Positions 1 to 13,039 of a stretch of DNA of 64,000 bases are shown here, piece by piece. Origin of the DNA: Octopus vulgaris (lineage: Eukaryota). The stretch is from contig OX597836.1 in assembly GCA_951406725.2 (NCBI GenBank), positions 28,334,001-28,398,000 on the forward strand, given 5' to 3'. How positions within the stretch are numbered: position 1 is the stretch's first letter; the number at the start of each line of letters is the position of its first letter. Position numbers and translations under genes: made by a program. The notes under the pieces are model-generated. The model had not been told where the DNA came from, searched no databases, and was given only the letters and a program-made list of their open reading frames with translations.

Positions 1-19
1 CACAAATCTTTAATCTCAC

Positions 20-87
20 CTGCCAGCCTAAATCTTCAAAGTCAACATACATCGTCTTTCTTCGACAGACTGGTCGTACATAACGTC
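20..87 (-). CDS. BMP5-8: BMP5-8 coding exon 5 (start of mature cystine-knot domain); gene continues beyond the left edge
   Basis: Acceptor (CT)n CTTCTAG at 89-88. Reads (R)RYVRPVCRRKTMYVDFEDLGWQ, the TGF-beta C....LYVDF.DLGWQ motif. Donor CAG|GTGAGA at 19, phase 0. Confidence 0.93.
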
Positions 88-155
88 CTAGAAGAAGAGA
101 AGAGAGAGAGAGAGAGAATGAAACGTGTAGAACAAGACGTTGATAATCACCAATA

Positions 156-186
<31 letters not shown>

Positions 187-548
187 CATCATAGGATGGT
201 AGGCCCACATAACCAACTGACCAACCCACTTCTGTTGTCCACTGTCAATATGTGAATAGACCATCATCATCATCGTCATTTAATATCCATGTTCTGTACT
301 GGTATGAATTGGACAGTTTGACAAAGATCTGCTGGGTTCTAGGACTGCATCACACTCCAGTGTCTGCTTTGACATGGTTACTATGGCTTGATGCCCTTCC
401 TAATACCAACCATTTTACATTGTGTATTTGATTCTTTTTTGGTGCTTCTGGCACTATTGAGAGTGCAATGTAGCTCACAAGATTACAAAACCCAAGGAAG
501 GTGAAAAGTGAGCATCCTTCTATTGCGTCCCCAAAGTCCATCCCCTCC

Positions 549-922
549 TCACCGTGGTGGGGACGCTGGCAACGGGTAGTGTCAGAGCTATGCCGTCAGG
601 AACTTCAGTTCCTGGTAGGGCCACCCAAGGCAGATTGGTCTGACACCGAGTGGTATTAGGGCCACAACCCGGCAGACGGGGCTCTGGTGAAAATCCTTGG
701 AGTGTCTACTTCAGCAACCGGCAGCTCCTCGGTCGTTCTGCTCCTGCGTCTGCGGAAAACAAGATGTCTCTACATGCGGGATTGTTGGGGACCGCTTGTC
801 AAATCCACATATTCCCACGAAACTTCTTCCATGATTTCTCAATGGCGAATACAATGCCTCAAGGGTGGTGGAAGAAGCCGACTCAACCCGCCTCAGGGTG
901 AATGTCGCCACAAGTAAAGTAA
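549..922 (+). mobile_element. GC-rich insertion resembling an RTE 5' region with a short repeat tail
   Basis: CCTGGTAGGGCCACCCAAGGCAGATTGGTC resembles RTE-clade 5'UTR motifs as I recall them. CpG-rich relative to flanks; ends AAGTAAAGTAAG. Confidence 0.45.
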
Positions 923-1283
923 GATGGTGATTGAAATATGCAACATGAGGTTCATGTTGTACAGGAGATACAAGGCTACTTACATTTAGGAAAGAGAGTG
1001 AGAATGAATCAGTGATACATAGTGTGAAAGGGATAAATAGCAGTGGAAAAAACCCCTACATGCAATCATTTAGCTCCTTCCAAGATCACAGCTGTTTATG
1101 GGAGGAGCAGATACATATGCAACAGAGTAAACTAAATTCAGAGATATTGACATTGTGGATCTAGACTAGACATCATACTATTTTTAAATCTCACAATGTG
1201 AAATATTCAGCAACAGTACTTTGTAGTAAAGATTGCTTGCCAACATAACATGGCAGTCCTGGGGGTCCACAAGCAAGATATGG

Positions 1284-1682
1284 GGATCTTTTCGGTTTGA
1301 ACAGCAGTTTTTAACATAATTTCTAGGTAAATAAAAAATTTTAAACTTCGTATACTGGTAGAATGTGTTTATAAAACATCTTTTTCTCTTGGCTTTATTG
1401 AGAAAATTCTATAGTTTGTAAGATATTTGTTGTTGTTTTTTCTACAATTTCTGCAATTTCAAACAATCAATGACATGTATTGAGGTAAAAAACATTCTGT
1501 GCCGTATGAATATGTCCCTCGTTTAAGAAACAGATTGGGTTTATTTACATTTGTGAAGAAAAAAAGATACCCTAACCCTAAAACAGATTGAAATGCAATA
1601 GATCGATACTAGGGTCATAATTATGGGTGACAATTTCATATGACACCGCTACTAAAAACTGCCGTTCAAACCGAAAAGATCC
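1284..1682. mobile_element. Non-autonomous DNA transposon, GGATCTTTTC TIRs, 8-bp TSD AGATATGG
   Basis: About 28-bp TIRs GGATCTTTTCGGTTTGAACAGCAGTTTT / AAAACTGCCGTTCAAACCGAAAAGATCC. TSD at 1276-1283 and 1683-1690. Internal CCTAACCCTAA. Confidence 0.9.
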
Positions 1683-1785
1683 AGATATGGTTGGGAACCT
1701 CTGGTCTAAACAATGGGCCACCATATGACTTTGGTCATGACTGTAACCTCAACGGAAAACATGGCATAGAAAATAAATAACTAAC

Positions 1786-1980
1786 GTGTTCGTCTCCACG
1801 TCCAATGAGAATCATCACGATGTGAAACTGCTGTACGAGTATCCATTTGCCGCCGTGCAGAACGTGTTCGTCGTACATGAAGCTGTTGACTCATCTTGAA
1901 AAAGCAGACCAAAAATGCCTGTTTATCGGGGTCTCCTCTATGTCCTACAATACCGATATGGTTGGGTCTTAATTCTTGAC
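1786..1980 (-). CDS. BMP5-8: BMP5-8 coding exon 4 (prodomain end, furin site); not in the ORF track
   Basis: Acceptor TTGTTGTAG at 1982-1981. Manual translation (G)QELRPNHIGIVGHRGDPDKQAFLVCFFKMSQQLHVRRTRSARRQMDTRTAVSHRDDSHWTWRRT matches the BMP7-type G.VGR.GP..KQPFMV.FFK...RXXRS pattern. Donor C|GTTAGT at 1785. 195 nt, phase 1 to 1. Confidence 0.92.
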
Positions 1981-3388
1981 CTACAACAATGGAAAGAAAA
2001 GAAAAGAAAGTAAATATGGGTCAATAAATGGAACAGTAAATCAAAAAAGGAAAAGAACATTTATTTTTTAAATAAACGGTCTAAAGCATCCTTCAAAACT
2101 TCCATGCTTCCTGAGATTCGCCAACACTACACCTGATTTTCTCCCCTCCATACACACACACAAGCATCTATCTGACTCATACATTGTTCGCTTTCCAGAC
2201 ATTTGTACATTACTGCATATACTTTATACGCACTTTCTGACAAGTTGTGGTGCACCTGAGCACTGTATACAATAATTTCATTATTATTATTATTATTCTA
2301 AAAATTAAACAACAAGCATGGTTGTGTGGTAAGCAGCTTGCTTCCCAACCACATGGTTCTAGGTTCAGTCCCATTGCATGGCACCTTGACCATGTGTCTT
2401 CTACTATAGCCTCAGGCTGACCAAAGCCTTGTAAATAGATTTGGTAAACAGAAACTGAAAGAAGCCCATCATATATATATGTGTGTGTTTGTGTGTGTGT
2501 ATGTGTGTGTATTTGAACAGATCTTCAAACATCAATCTCTGTAGGAGAGTGTAAAAAGGCGGTGAACACCTGTTCTGAGGAAGCAATAAAAAGAACAGCC
2601 CCACCACCAAAGAAAACATAAAAACGGAGGGTGGATGAAGAAACAGCAGTAATGAGGTGGGGTGAGAGGAGTGGGGTTAGCTGGACTTTTGTTGCCAAGT
2701 CAACTTTGCCAGTTGGGGGACAGAGAATCAAATACACACCCACTCACACATACACACTCTCTCTCTCACACACACACACACTCATTTACCTTACCTACAC
2801 CCCCTTAGACACACACACACACACAGATACAGTATGTAGGTAAATAGACATGATTTACGAGCGCCACCAGTCAATGGAGGGTTAGTACATTAAACCAGGG
2901 TGGGTGGGGACACTTAAAAGGGACCCCCTACATGAAATTCCCCATAGACTAATGGCCAACTTGACCCTCCTTATGCTGACCCTAATTTTGTATTTTGACA
3001 GCCTGACACAATAAATACACTGTCTGTGCATGCGTGTGTGTGTGTGTGTGTGTGTGTACTTGTATGTATGCTAACATGTGTGTGTTTATGTGAGCATTTA
3101 TGGAAGTGGATAAATATATTCAGCTGCATGTGTGTGTGTGTGTGTGTGTGTGTTCCTTCAACCTATACTCTTTTACTTGTTTCAGTCATTTGACTGTGGC
3201 CATGTTGGAGCACCGCCTTTAGTCGAGCAAATCGACCCCAGGACTTGTTCTTTGTAAGCCTAGTACTTATTCTATCGGTCTCTTTTGCCGAACCGCTAAG
3301 TTACGGGGACGTAAACAAACCAGCATCGGTTGTCAAGCGATGTTGTGGGGACAAACACAGACACACAAACATATACACACACACATAC

Positions 3389-3438
<50 letters not shown>

Positions 3439-3855
3439 CTTTCCTTTCTCCCAGTATGCTTTTATTTATATATATATATATATATATACGACAGGCTTCT
3501 TTCAGTTTCTGTCTACCAAATCCACTCACAAGGTTTTGGTCGGCCCGAGGCTATAGTAGAAGACACTTGCTCAAGGTGCCACACAGTGGGACTGAACCTG
3601 GAACCATGTGGTTGGGAAGCAAACTTCCTATGTCTATGTACTAATATATATGTGAATGTATGAGAGTGGATGTACATGTATTCAGTAGTGTGTGTGTGTG
3701 TGCAAATGTACTAACATAGGTGAGCCTTTATGTGTGTGAATGATATATCTGTACAAGGATGTACATGTATTATATAGTAAATGTGTGTGTGTATATATGT
3801 ATTACTAGATGAATATTTAGATGTAAGTGAATAACAAGGAACAAAAAGGACCCAC

Positions 3856-4007
3856 CTGTGCTCATGTCAGTGATTTTGAGGTAAAGACCCATATTGGAAG
3901 CTGGCATGATGGTCCAAGAGTCTGCAGCATTGGTAACATTCATTAAGATCCAACCTTCAAAGTCAGAAGACACCAAATGATTGGTTTCAGGAACCAAAAT
4001 CTTGTCT
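3856..4007 (-). CDS. BMP5-8: BMP5-8 coding exon 3 (prodomain)
   Basis: Acceptor TTTTTCAG at 4009-4008. Reads DKILVPETNHLVSSDFEGWILMNVTNAADSWTIMPASNMGLYL... (EGW..NVT....W.....N.GL motif). Donor G|GTGGGT at 3855. 152 nt, phase 2 to 1. Confidence 0.92.
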
Positions 4008-5958
4008 CTGAAAAAGAAAACAAAATTCTTAACAAAACACAAAATGGTTGGAAGCAACATTTTAAAAGAAGAACAAACGAGATGCTGTGATGTTCATGCC
4101 TTTCTTCTAATGAACAGTATTAGTAACATAAGGAAACTAACATAAGCTAGTCAGGTAACTTTATAATTAGTCAACCAGTGAAGTACCCCCACAATGAACT
4201 CAACCCTTTTATTTTAATATTGTAGGGACGGGGGTAGAGAATAGGTTTTTGATTTCCCAATCTCAAGATGGCGAAAAAAGTTCCCAAATCAAGTGTGTTT
4301 AGTAGCTCTGGCTGGATATATGATTCAGAATTAGACAAAAGCCAAAAGACAGAGACAGGTGAGAGAACAATAGACAGGTGGATCTGATTGATGCTCAGCA
4401 AAAATGCAAGAAGCCTTTGATGTTTCAAGCCTACACATTTCTGGATATCTCTACTGATGAAATCCTGAAGTTCAGCCTAAACTGGCACACACATATGCAG
4501 ATTAAATTTTGTAATTCTGATCTATTGACTTGGTGAAGATTTTTCCCAAGATGTTTGGTCTTCGGTCATCTGTATCTGGACAATGATTAGAATGTGCAGG
4601 TTAGTGATTGTCTGTATCAGCATGGACAGGGGTAGAGAGACAGAGTAGAAGAGAGAGGGGAAAAGGGAGAGACAGAGAGATGTAGAAAGACGGAAGAAGA
4701 AGGAGAGAGAAAGAGAGACCAAAACAGAGACAAAGGGAGAGAGAGAGAGAGAAAGAGATGAATGTTGGAATCTAGGTTCAGTCCCATTGCATGGCACCTT
4801 GACCATGTGTCTTCTACTATAGCCTCAGGCTGACCAAAGCCTTGTAAATAGATTTGGTAAACAGAAACTGAAAGAAGCCCGTCATATATATGTGTGTGTG
4901 TGTGTGCGTGTATTTGAACAGACACTGATTTAAGTGAAGGGAAGCAAATGGAGACTGAAGTGAATTGTTGAAAACCATGGAACTTCCTTTTGAGTATTTT
5001 GAACTGTGAAGATGCTTGGAATGGGTGGAAGAATACGAAGAATATAGAAGATGGTGTTGCTACTTAGAAACACTGGCAGAATGTTCTAAATGTTGCTTGT
5101 AGCAAAGGTTGTTAAAGCAAAGAAACAAAATGGAATCAAAAGAAACAACAACAACAAGAGCAGTTGATGAAGATGAAACTGTTCCGAGATACCGAAACAT
5201 CCAGACACTTTGTAATGAGGGGGGAGGGTGGGAGGGAGGGGCAGTATCAGTAGACAAAGGAAGTGGTTAAGTTTTGGTGAGTGGGTGAGGGTTGGGGGGG
5301 GGGATAGAGAATTTGGTTAATTCTTCTCGGGAATAAGTTTTATTCTTCTTCTTTGTAACCAACGACTACAATAACAGATGGCTTGTTGCTAGGAGAGATG
5401 CACACGGTCTTTACTGTTAACAGCTCGTTTTTTACCAGACACTGTGAAAGGAGCAGAAAGACACACAGACAGACACCGCAAACACACACACACACAAACC
5501 ACTAACATGTGAACACCATCAACATATACTCATAATACTAAAAGAACACTAACGCACACACCACTTTCACACCAACCTCTGTTAAAGGAACGATAACATA
5601 CATAGACACATTACATACAGCACTAATACATATGCACACGCACACACATACACACACAAGAATCAACAGACACTATCAAAGGAGCACAAACGCATACACA
5701 CACAGACACACACACACACTTTGCTGACAAACCACCAACACACAGATGCTATGAAAGGAGCACTAACTCATTGCAAACACACACACACTACTGTCATACA
5801 CACACACACACACACACTCCACTTTCACACACACTAACACATACTCCAGTATCAACCAACACTATGAAAGGAGCACCAATGATACACACACATACACATG
5901 CTCATTCATACACCGTTAGAGGAACACCAACACTTAAACACTCAAAGGAGCACAAATG

Positions 5959-5992
<34 letters not shown>

Positions 5993-6000
<8 letters not shown>

Positions 6001-6208
6001 TGTGCTGAAAAGTTCCTGGTCTTAAGGGTACCACGAAAGGCCTGGTTAGGGGCCCAAACTTGCAAGTTCTTTTACACAGCTTAATAAAACTGAAGGACCA
6101 CTGCAATAAGTGTGTGGATCTGAGAGGGAGATATGTTGAACAAAATCATAACTGATTCTCCTGTATTTTTATTTTACCCAAAGTCAGGAACTTTTCCGCA
6201 TCCCTCAT
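5993..6208 (+). mobile_element. Mariner-derived MITE (related copies about 6779-6995, 20215-20434, partial 21150-21315)
   Basis: TIRs ACGAGGGTGTGCTGAAAAGTTCCTG / CAGGAACTTTTCCGCATCCCTCAT. Interior encodes a mariner C-terminal relic (KLKDHCNKCVDLRG..YVE). Confidence 0.75.
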
Positions 6209-6218
6209 ATATATATAT

Positions 6219-6465
6219 TTCATTTCATTTCATTTCATTTGAGTTTGAGTCCATGCTCAGGCCAAGTCGAACACTCCACCCTCAGAGTCTGGTGTGGTTG
6301 CCAGGTTGTATTCTCTGTTTAATTTTGACATGTGTAGGAGCGAGTTTGAGTCAGTTTGTGCTCATTGTGTATATCCTGGGAGATGGGGTTCATCTCTAAT
6401 GGTGCTTAAGTATCTATCCAGCTGCAATTTGAATGATTCCACACTGCATCCTGATAGATTTCTGA
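6219..6465 (-). mobile_element. CR1/L2-group LINE 3' fragment with (GAAAT)n tail
   Basis: Minus strand reads RNLSGCSVESFKLQLDRYLSTIRDEPHLPGY, resembling CR1-group ORF2 C-termini, then a pentamer tail. Confidence 0.6.
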
Positions 6466-7627
6466 CATATATATATATATAATCAAAATAAGCAACAAGG
6501 ATATCCAAGGTAGAGTAGCACAATTGTTTCATGCTACTTCATTTTGTTAAACATTTTATTAAAAACTGTGTCGGTGGCACGTAAAAAGCACCCACAACAC
6601 TCACGGAGTGGTTGGCGTTAGGAAGGGCATCCAGATGTAGAAACACTGCCAGATCTGACTGGGCTTGGTGCAGCCTTCGGACTTCCCAGACCCCAGTTGA
6701 ACCGTCCAACCCTTGCTAGCATGGAAAGTGGACGTTAGACAATGATGATGATGTAAGTATTACATCCCTCATATATATATGAGGGATGCTGAAAAGGTCC
6801 TGATTTTAAGAGTATCAATAAAGGTCTGGTTGGAGGCTCAAATCTGCGTGTTCTTTTACAAGGCTTAGAAAAACTGAAGGACCATTGCAATAAGTGTGTC
6901 GATCTGAGAGTAGATTATGTTGGATAAAATCATAATTAAGTGATCCACCTGTGTTTTCTTTTACCCAAAGCCAAGAATTTTCAGCACACCCTTGTATATA
7001 TTAACACACATGGACACACTTACACACACACAAGAATCAACAGGCACTATCAAAGGAGCACTAACACACACACACACAGAATTGCCAGAAAAACAACTCC
7101 TACAGACATACACATCCCACAGCTGCATACACCATTATCATTTTGGTCAATACAGGAGCTTCCACATGGCTATGCCAACCCCCTAGAAATAGCAGCCAGA
7201 CAGACCCCTTATCATCTTAGATGTGCTCCTGGATTTCTTGTACATAGGAAAATGATGGGATGGTCACGGTCAGAATATGCTTTTGATCATATGTTGGCCT
7301 GTTCAGGGCTAACCTAGGGCTAAACAATAATAATAACAACACACTCACCAATATTACACAGAATCACTGCCAAGCCAGACCAGATTTTCACTGCCACCAT
7401 CACCACCACTACAACCACGACCACCACCACCTAGTCTTTCGAGGAAATATGTATACACACACAAACACAAAAACACACACAGAATGGTAATATATACATG
7501 TACATAATACAGATCCCCCCCACTCCTCTCTCTCTCTTTCCCACACATGCACACACACGCGCAATACAATAAACACACATAGATACACAAATTTATACTC
7601 ATTCTCTCACACAGAACTACACAAAGC

Positions 7628-7671
<44 letters not shown>

Positions 7672-8157
7672 GAAACACACACGCACACTTACACTCCATG
7701 TTTTCCAATTATAATTTCAGACATGTCTTACTAATTACACAGACATACTTTTACCGATGGAACTACAACAGCATGAAGTACCATCACCACCACCACCACT
7801 AACACCCACCACTACCGCTGCCACCACCACCACCACCACTACCACCGCTGCTGCTGTCTACACTAACTTATAAAAACAATATCTAAGTTACTTCAGGAAT
7901 GTACCAAACTCCCCAAGACACACCATTCTACAAGACTTAGTGGAAAATGAGAAAAGAAGAAGAGCAAACGGGTGAGGTGGGGGTGAAGTTGGCTGTTTTT
8001 AAATAGCTTCTCTTTCTCTTTTCTTATGTGTGTGTGTATATGTATATATATACATAATGTATGTATGTGTGTATCTATGTATGTGTGTGTGTATATATAT
8101 ATACATATACATATATATATATACAGTTGTGTATACATATATATATATGTATATATA

Positions 8158-8196
<39 letters not shown>

Positions 8197-8300
8197 GTGT
8201 ATACATATATATATGTATATGTGTGCATGTGTGTATATATATATATATATTCATTTATGCATATATACAGTTATGTATATATGTGTATCTATCTATCTGC

Positions 8301-8346
<46 letters not shown>

Positions 8347-8416
8347 GTATGTGCATGTGTATATATATATATATATATATTATGTATGTATGGGTATATA
8401 TATTTGTGTATGTGTG

Positions 8417-8464
<48 letters not shown>

Positions 8465-10292
8465 AGTGTATGCATGAACAGCAATATCCTGTTAGTGTTA
8501 TTCATTTTCATTGGCTGAAAGGAAGAGGAGTGGGAGAAGTAATTCAGAGGCTGACAAAAAAATAAACATCCTAGCATTATTAACTCTTCAGTTATTGCTT
8601 CCCTTATGTACAGAGTTCAAATCCCACGAGGGTCAATTGACATTTACCATGAATCCGGCAACTCCACTGTCCAAAGAAGATGCAGCTTTGTGATCGGTTG
8701 AAGGAATAAATATAACAGTCAGCTTCTCCATCAGTCTATATCAGTGCTTCCCAACTGGGAGCCATATGGCCCCTGAGGGTCTATAGAAGATTTTGTGGGT
8801 TCCACACATCAAAATAGTAAATTGGGAATCCACAATAGTATCTTAAAGGCCCCTGAAAAATATTGCAAGGAACAGCTAGGTTCCTTTCTCTAACATTTTA
8901 CGTGATTCAATGGGAATTTTCAAAGAAGTTTCTATAAAACAAGGTTTTAAGCATTGAATGGTTGTGGGGTTCCACCAGACTAAAATTGCAAACAAAGGGG
9001 TCTGTAGATAACAAAATGGTTGAGAACCCCTGCTTTAGATGTATGTGTTGGTATGTATTGCAAGAAACAGCTAGGTTTCTTTCTCTCACATTTTACACAG
9101 TTCAACCTGCACAAGTTGATGTATAAAAAACAAAATAGGAATTTCGGAAGAAGATGGCTATGGGGTCCACCAGAATAAAATGGTAATCAAAGGAGCCCAT
9201 AGATAAAAAATGGTTTAGAACCCCTGATCTATATTGACATGGGTTAAATAAAAACAACACTTATGCGAATGTGTGAAAATGATCAGTACAGAAATAGCTG
9301 GTGTCCTTCCTCAGCATGACCACCTCCTCTGAGCATTATGGAAGGTATTACTATGCGTGAGCTCCCAAAGGACTTGAAGCAATGTCCAATCCATGCCAGC
9401 ATGGAAAAACGGACGTATGATGATGATGACGATGATGATTATGATTATCAACAACAACAATAACATGCCAAGAACTGGGGCAGCATGTACAATGGATAAT
9501 GTAGTGTCCCACTGAGATACGAAGGACTGAAATTAAGACAGGGTCGTCATGGGTGGAACACTTTGATCACCTGTCTGCTTGACTAAACTGGGGCTAATCA
9601 ACAACAACAACACCTTCTCCCACTCTTCTTCAAAACAACCAAACTGCAGTAGAAAGTGTAAGAATTTGTAGGAGGAGGGGGGGGAGATAAAAGAAGAAAA
9701 AAAAAAATCAAGACTAGAAAACAAAACAAAAAAAGTACAAATAAAACTACAAACAAACAAGAAACACCACGGGGGGGGGGGGTAGGGGGAAGGTGGGAGG
9801 ATGCAGAGAAGTTTGGGACTCTTCACAGCTGACATGTGAAGTTAATTAATCAAATGTGACAGATCAAAGGGTAAAGCAGGGTGCCGCGAAAAGAGGAGGT
9901 GGAGGAGGAAAGGGAGGACACCTGTCCATGTGTGTGTGTGTGTGTGTGTGTTTGTAATATGCCTGTATGTGTGTGTCTGTGTGTGTGTATGTGTGTGTGT
10001 GTATATACAGCTTGTTGTATTTAAGGGTAAGAAGTCATTACATAGCAATGCGTGCATGTATACCATGTTTAAGTAATAGATATGCATGTGTGCGTGTATG
10101 TGTGCGCATGTGTGTGTGTATGCAAGCTTCTATAAATGTGTGTTGTAGATATGTGTATAATATATATTTGTGAGTATATTTGCATGTATATACACATGTA
10201 TTAGTATATATATATATATATATATACTTTGATACTTTGATAGGTTTCGGCCATTATTGGCCCAGGCCATGTCTAACTTAATAGCACCACCT

Positions 10293-10337
<45 letters not shown>

Positions 10338-10822
10338 ATGTGTATGTTTGTAATATGCTTGTATGTGTGTATATAGAGCTTGTGTTTGAGGGTAAGAAGT
10401 CTTTACAGAGTAGTATGTGTGTGTATACCATGTTTAAGTTATAGATGTGTATGTGTGTGTGTGTGTGTATACAAGCTTATATGAATGTGTGTTGTAGATA
10501 TGTGTATTTGTGAGTATATCTGCATGTATATACATATGCATTAGTATATATCAGTGTATGTGTATATATGTGTGTGTGTGTGGTGTTCCTTCACAGACAG
10601 TTGCATGCCTCTGTATATTATGTATAAATATGGGGAAACAAGTGCAAGCAATATTAGTGTATGGAATCGGATAAGAAGATGAGGAGGAAATGATGGAAGG
10701 GAAGAGAAGAGAGACTGGGAGCTGGGGGAGAGAATGGAAACAACAACAAAAACTACACACGCACAAATGTGTGTGCATATATATATATATATATACATTA
10801 TATATATACATTATATATATAT

Positions 10823-10875
<53 letters not shown>

Positions 10876-12657
10876 AGGGAGGGGAGAGGGAGAGAGAGGG
10901 AAAGGGGAGAGAGAGAGAGTGGGGGGAGAGGGAGAGAGAGAGGGAAAGGGGGGGAGAGAGAGGGGGAGAGAGAGGCAGTCTATCTGTGTGTTTTTTGAAA
11001 GAGCAGAGACAGATAGAGTGAGAAGTTGAGGTAGAGACAGAGTAATAATAGAGAGGCAGATAGATATAAGGAACATAGTGATGATGGTTGTGGTGGTGGT
11101 AGGTGTAATAGGAATCAATAAGGCGTTGGAGAGAGAGTGTGGGCTGGTAGAGGACATGGGTAAAGGGGTTAGATGTTAGAGAGGAAGAAAGGAAGGAAAC
11201 CAACAGGCATGTGTACGTGTTTGAGTATGTATGTATGTATGGGTGTGTGTGTGTGTATGTATGCATGTATGTGTGTGTGTGTGTATATCTATATAAATAT
11301 CTATATATATATATATATATATATATATAGGTGCAGGAGTGGCTGTGTGATATGTAGCTTGTTTACTAACCACATGGTCCCAGGTTCAGTCCCACTGCGT
11401 GGCACCTTGGGCAAGTGTCTTCTTCTATAGCCTCGGATGACCAAAGCCTTGTGAGTGGATTTGGTAGACGGAAACTGAACGAAGCCCGTCGTATATATGT
11501 ATATATATGTGTTTGTCTCCCTAGCATTGCTTGACAACCGATGCTGGTGTGATTATGTCCCCGTCACTTAGCGGTTCGGCAAAAGAGACTGATAGAATAA
11601 GTACTGGGCTTACAAAGAATAAGTCCCGGGGTCGAGTTGCTTGATTAAAGGCGGTGCACCAGCATGGCGCAGTCAAAATGACTGAAACAAGTAAAAAAAA
11701 AAAAAATCTCATGTAGCGGGACAAATTAAATATAGAATACTCTCTCTGACTAGTGAAGAAAATATTTATCTATATAGATGCAACCACTTGGTTGCGGGTT
11801 CAGTCCCACTGCTTGACACCTTAGGCATGTGTCTTCTACTGTAGCCTCAGGCCGACCAAAGCCTTGTGAGTGGACTTGGTGTGTGTGTGTATTTGTGTCT
11901 GCCTCAATTCCCTTCCACTTAAATCTTGCTAGTATAGAAAAACAGACATTTAACAAATCAAAAAGGTGCAGGGGTGGTCATGTGGTAAGTAGCTTGCTTA
12001 CCAACCACATGTCCCTGGGTTCAGTCCCACTGCATGGCACTTTGGGCAAGTGTCTTCCACCATAGCCTCACACCAACCAAAGCCTTGTTAGTTGATTTGG
12101 CAGACAGAAACTGAAAGAAGCCCGTCGTATATATGAATATATGTGTGTGTGTGTTTGTATGTGTGTATCTGTGTTTGTCCCCACCCACCCACCCACCATC
12201 ACTTGACAACCAATGCAGGTGTGTTTACGTTACCATAACTTAGCAGTTCAGCAAAAGAGACCGATAGAATAAGTACTAGGCTTGCAAAGAATAAGTCCTG
12301 GGGCCGATTTCTTTGACTAAAGGCGGTGCTCCAGCACGGCCAAAATCAAATGACTAAAAAGAATAAAAGAATGAATAGCTATACCATCATTGTTGAACGT
12401 CCGCTTTCCATGCTGGCATGGGTTGGACGGTTTAACATAGAGCTGGCCAGCAGAGCTGTCCAGACTCCAATTGTCTTATAAAGGAACTGTCTGGAACAGG
12501 TTGTGTCTTTTGCACTGTTTGGGTGCAACACAATTTCCTTCTTTGTTTCCAAAAACTACCGGTGTCAGGAACAAGAAAGCAACCTTAAAAAATATGACAC
12601 TTTATTTCGTTATTTACATAAAGAAGGCACGTTGGTAAATTGGTAACCACTTGGTGT

Positions 12658-13039
12658 GGAAGCACTCCATCGGTTACGACGATGAGGGTTCCGGTTGATC
12701 CGATCAATGGGACAGCCTGCTCGTGAAATTAACGTGTAAGTGGCTGAGCACTCCACAGACACGTGCACCCTTAACGTAGTTCTCAGGGATATTCAGCGTG
12801 ACACAGAGAGTGACAAGGCCGGCCCTTTGAAATACAGGTACAACAGAAACAGGAAGTAAGAGTGAGAGAAAGTTGTGGTGAAAGAGTACAGCAGGGATCA
12901 CCACAATCCCCTGCCAGAGCCTCGTGGAGCTTTAGGTGTTTTCGCTCAATAAACACACACAACGCCCGGTCTGGGAATCGAAATCGCAATCCTATGACCG
13001 CGAGTCCGCTGCCCTAACCACTGGGCCATTGCGCCTCCA
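12658..13039 (-). mobile_element. tRNA-derived SINE, GGAGGCGCAATGG head (probably the octopus tRNA-Arg-derived OR type), 13-bp TSD
   Basis: Head with A box TGGCCCAGTGG and B-box-like TTCGATTCC. TSD AACCACTTGGTGT at 12645-12657 and 13040-13052. Near-identical copy at 35878-36243. Confidence 0.85.

Noticed and set aside
4440-4500. CTGATGA as hammerhead or C/D snoRNA signal
   Set aside because: No matching stem II plus GAAA and no convincing box arrangement.
12960-13039. tRNA genes at SINE heads (also 20780-20852, 36560-36632)
   Set aside because: A/B boxes are present but continue into SINE bodies with TSDs, and no proper acceptor stem is evident.
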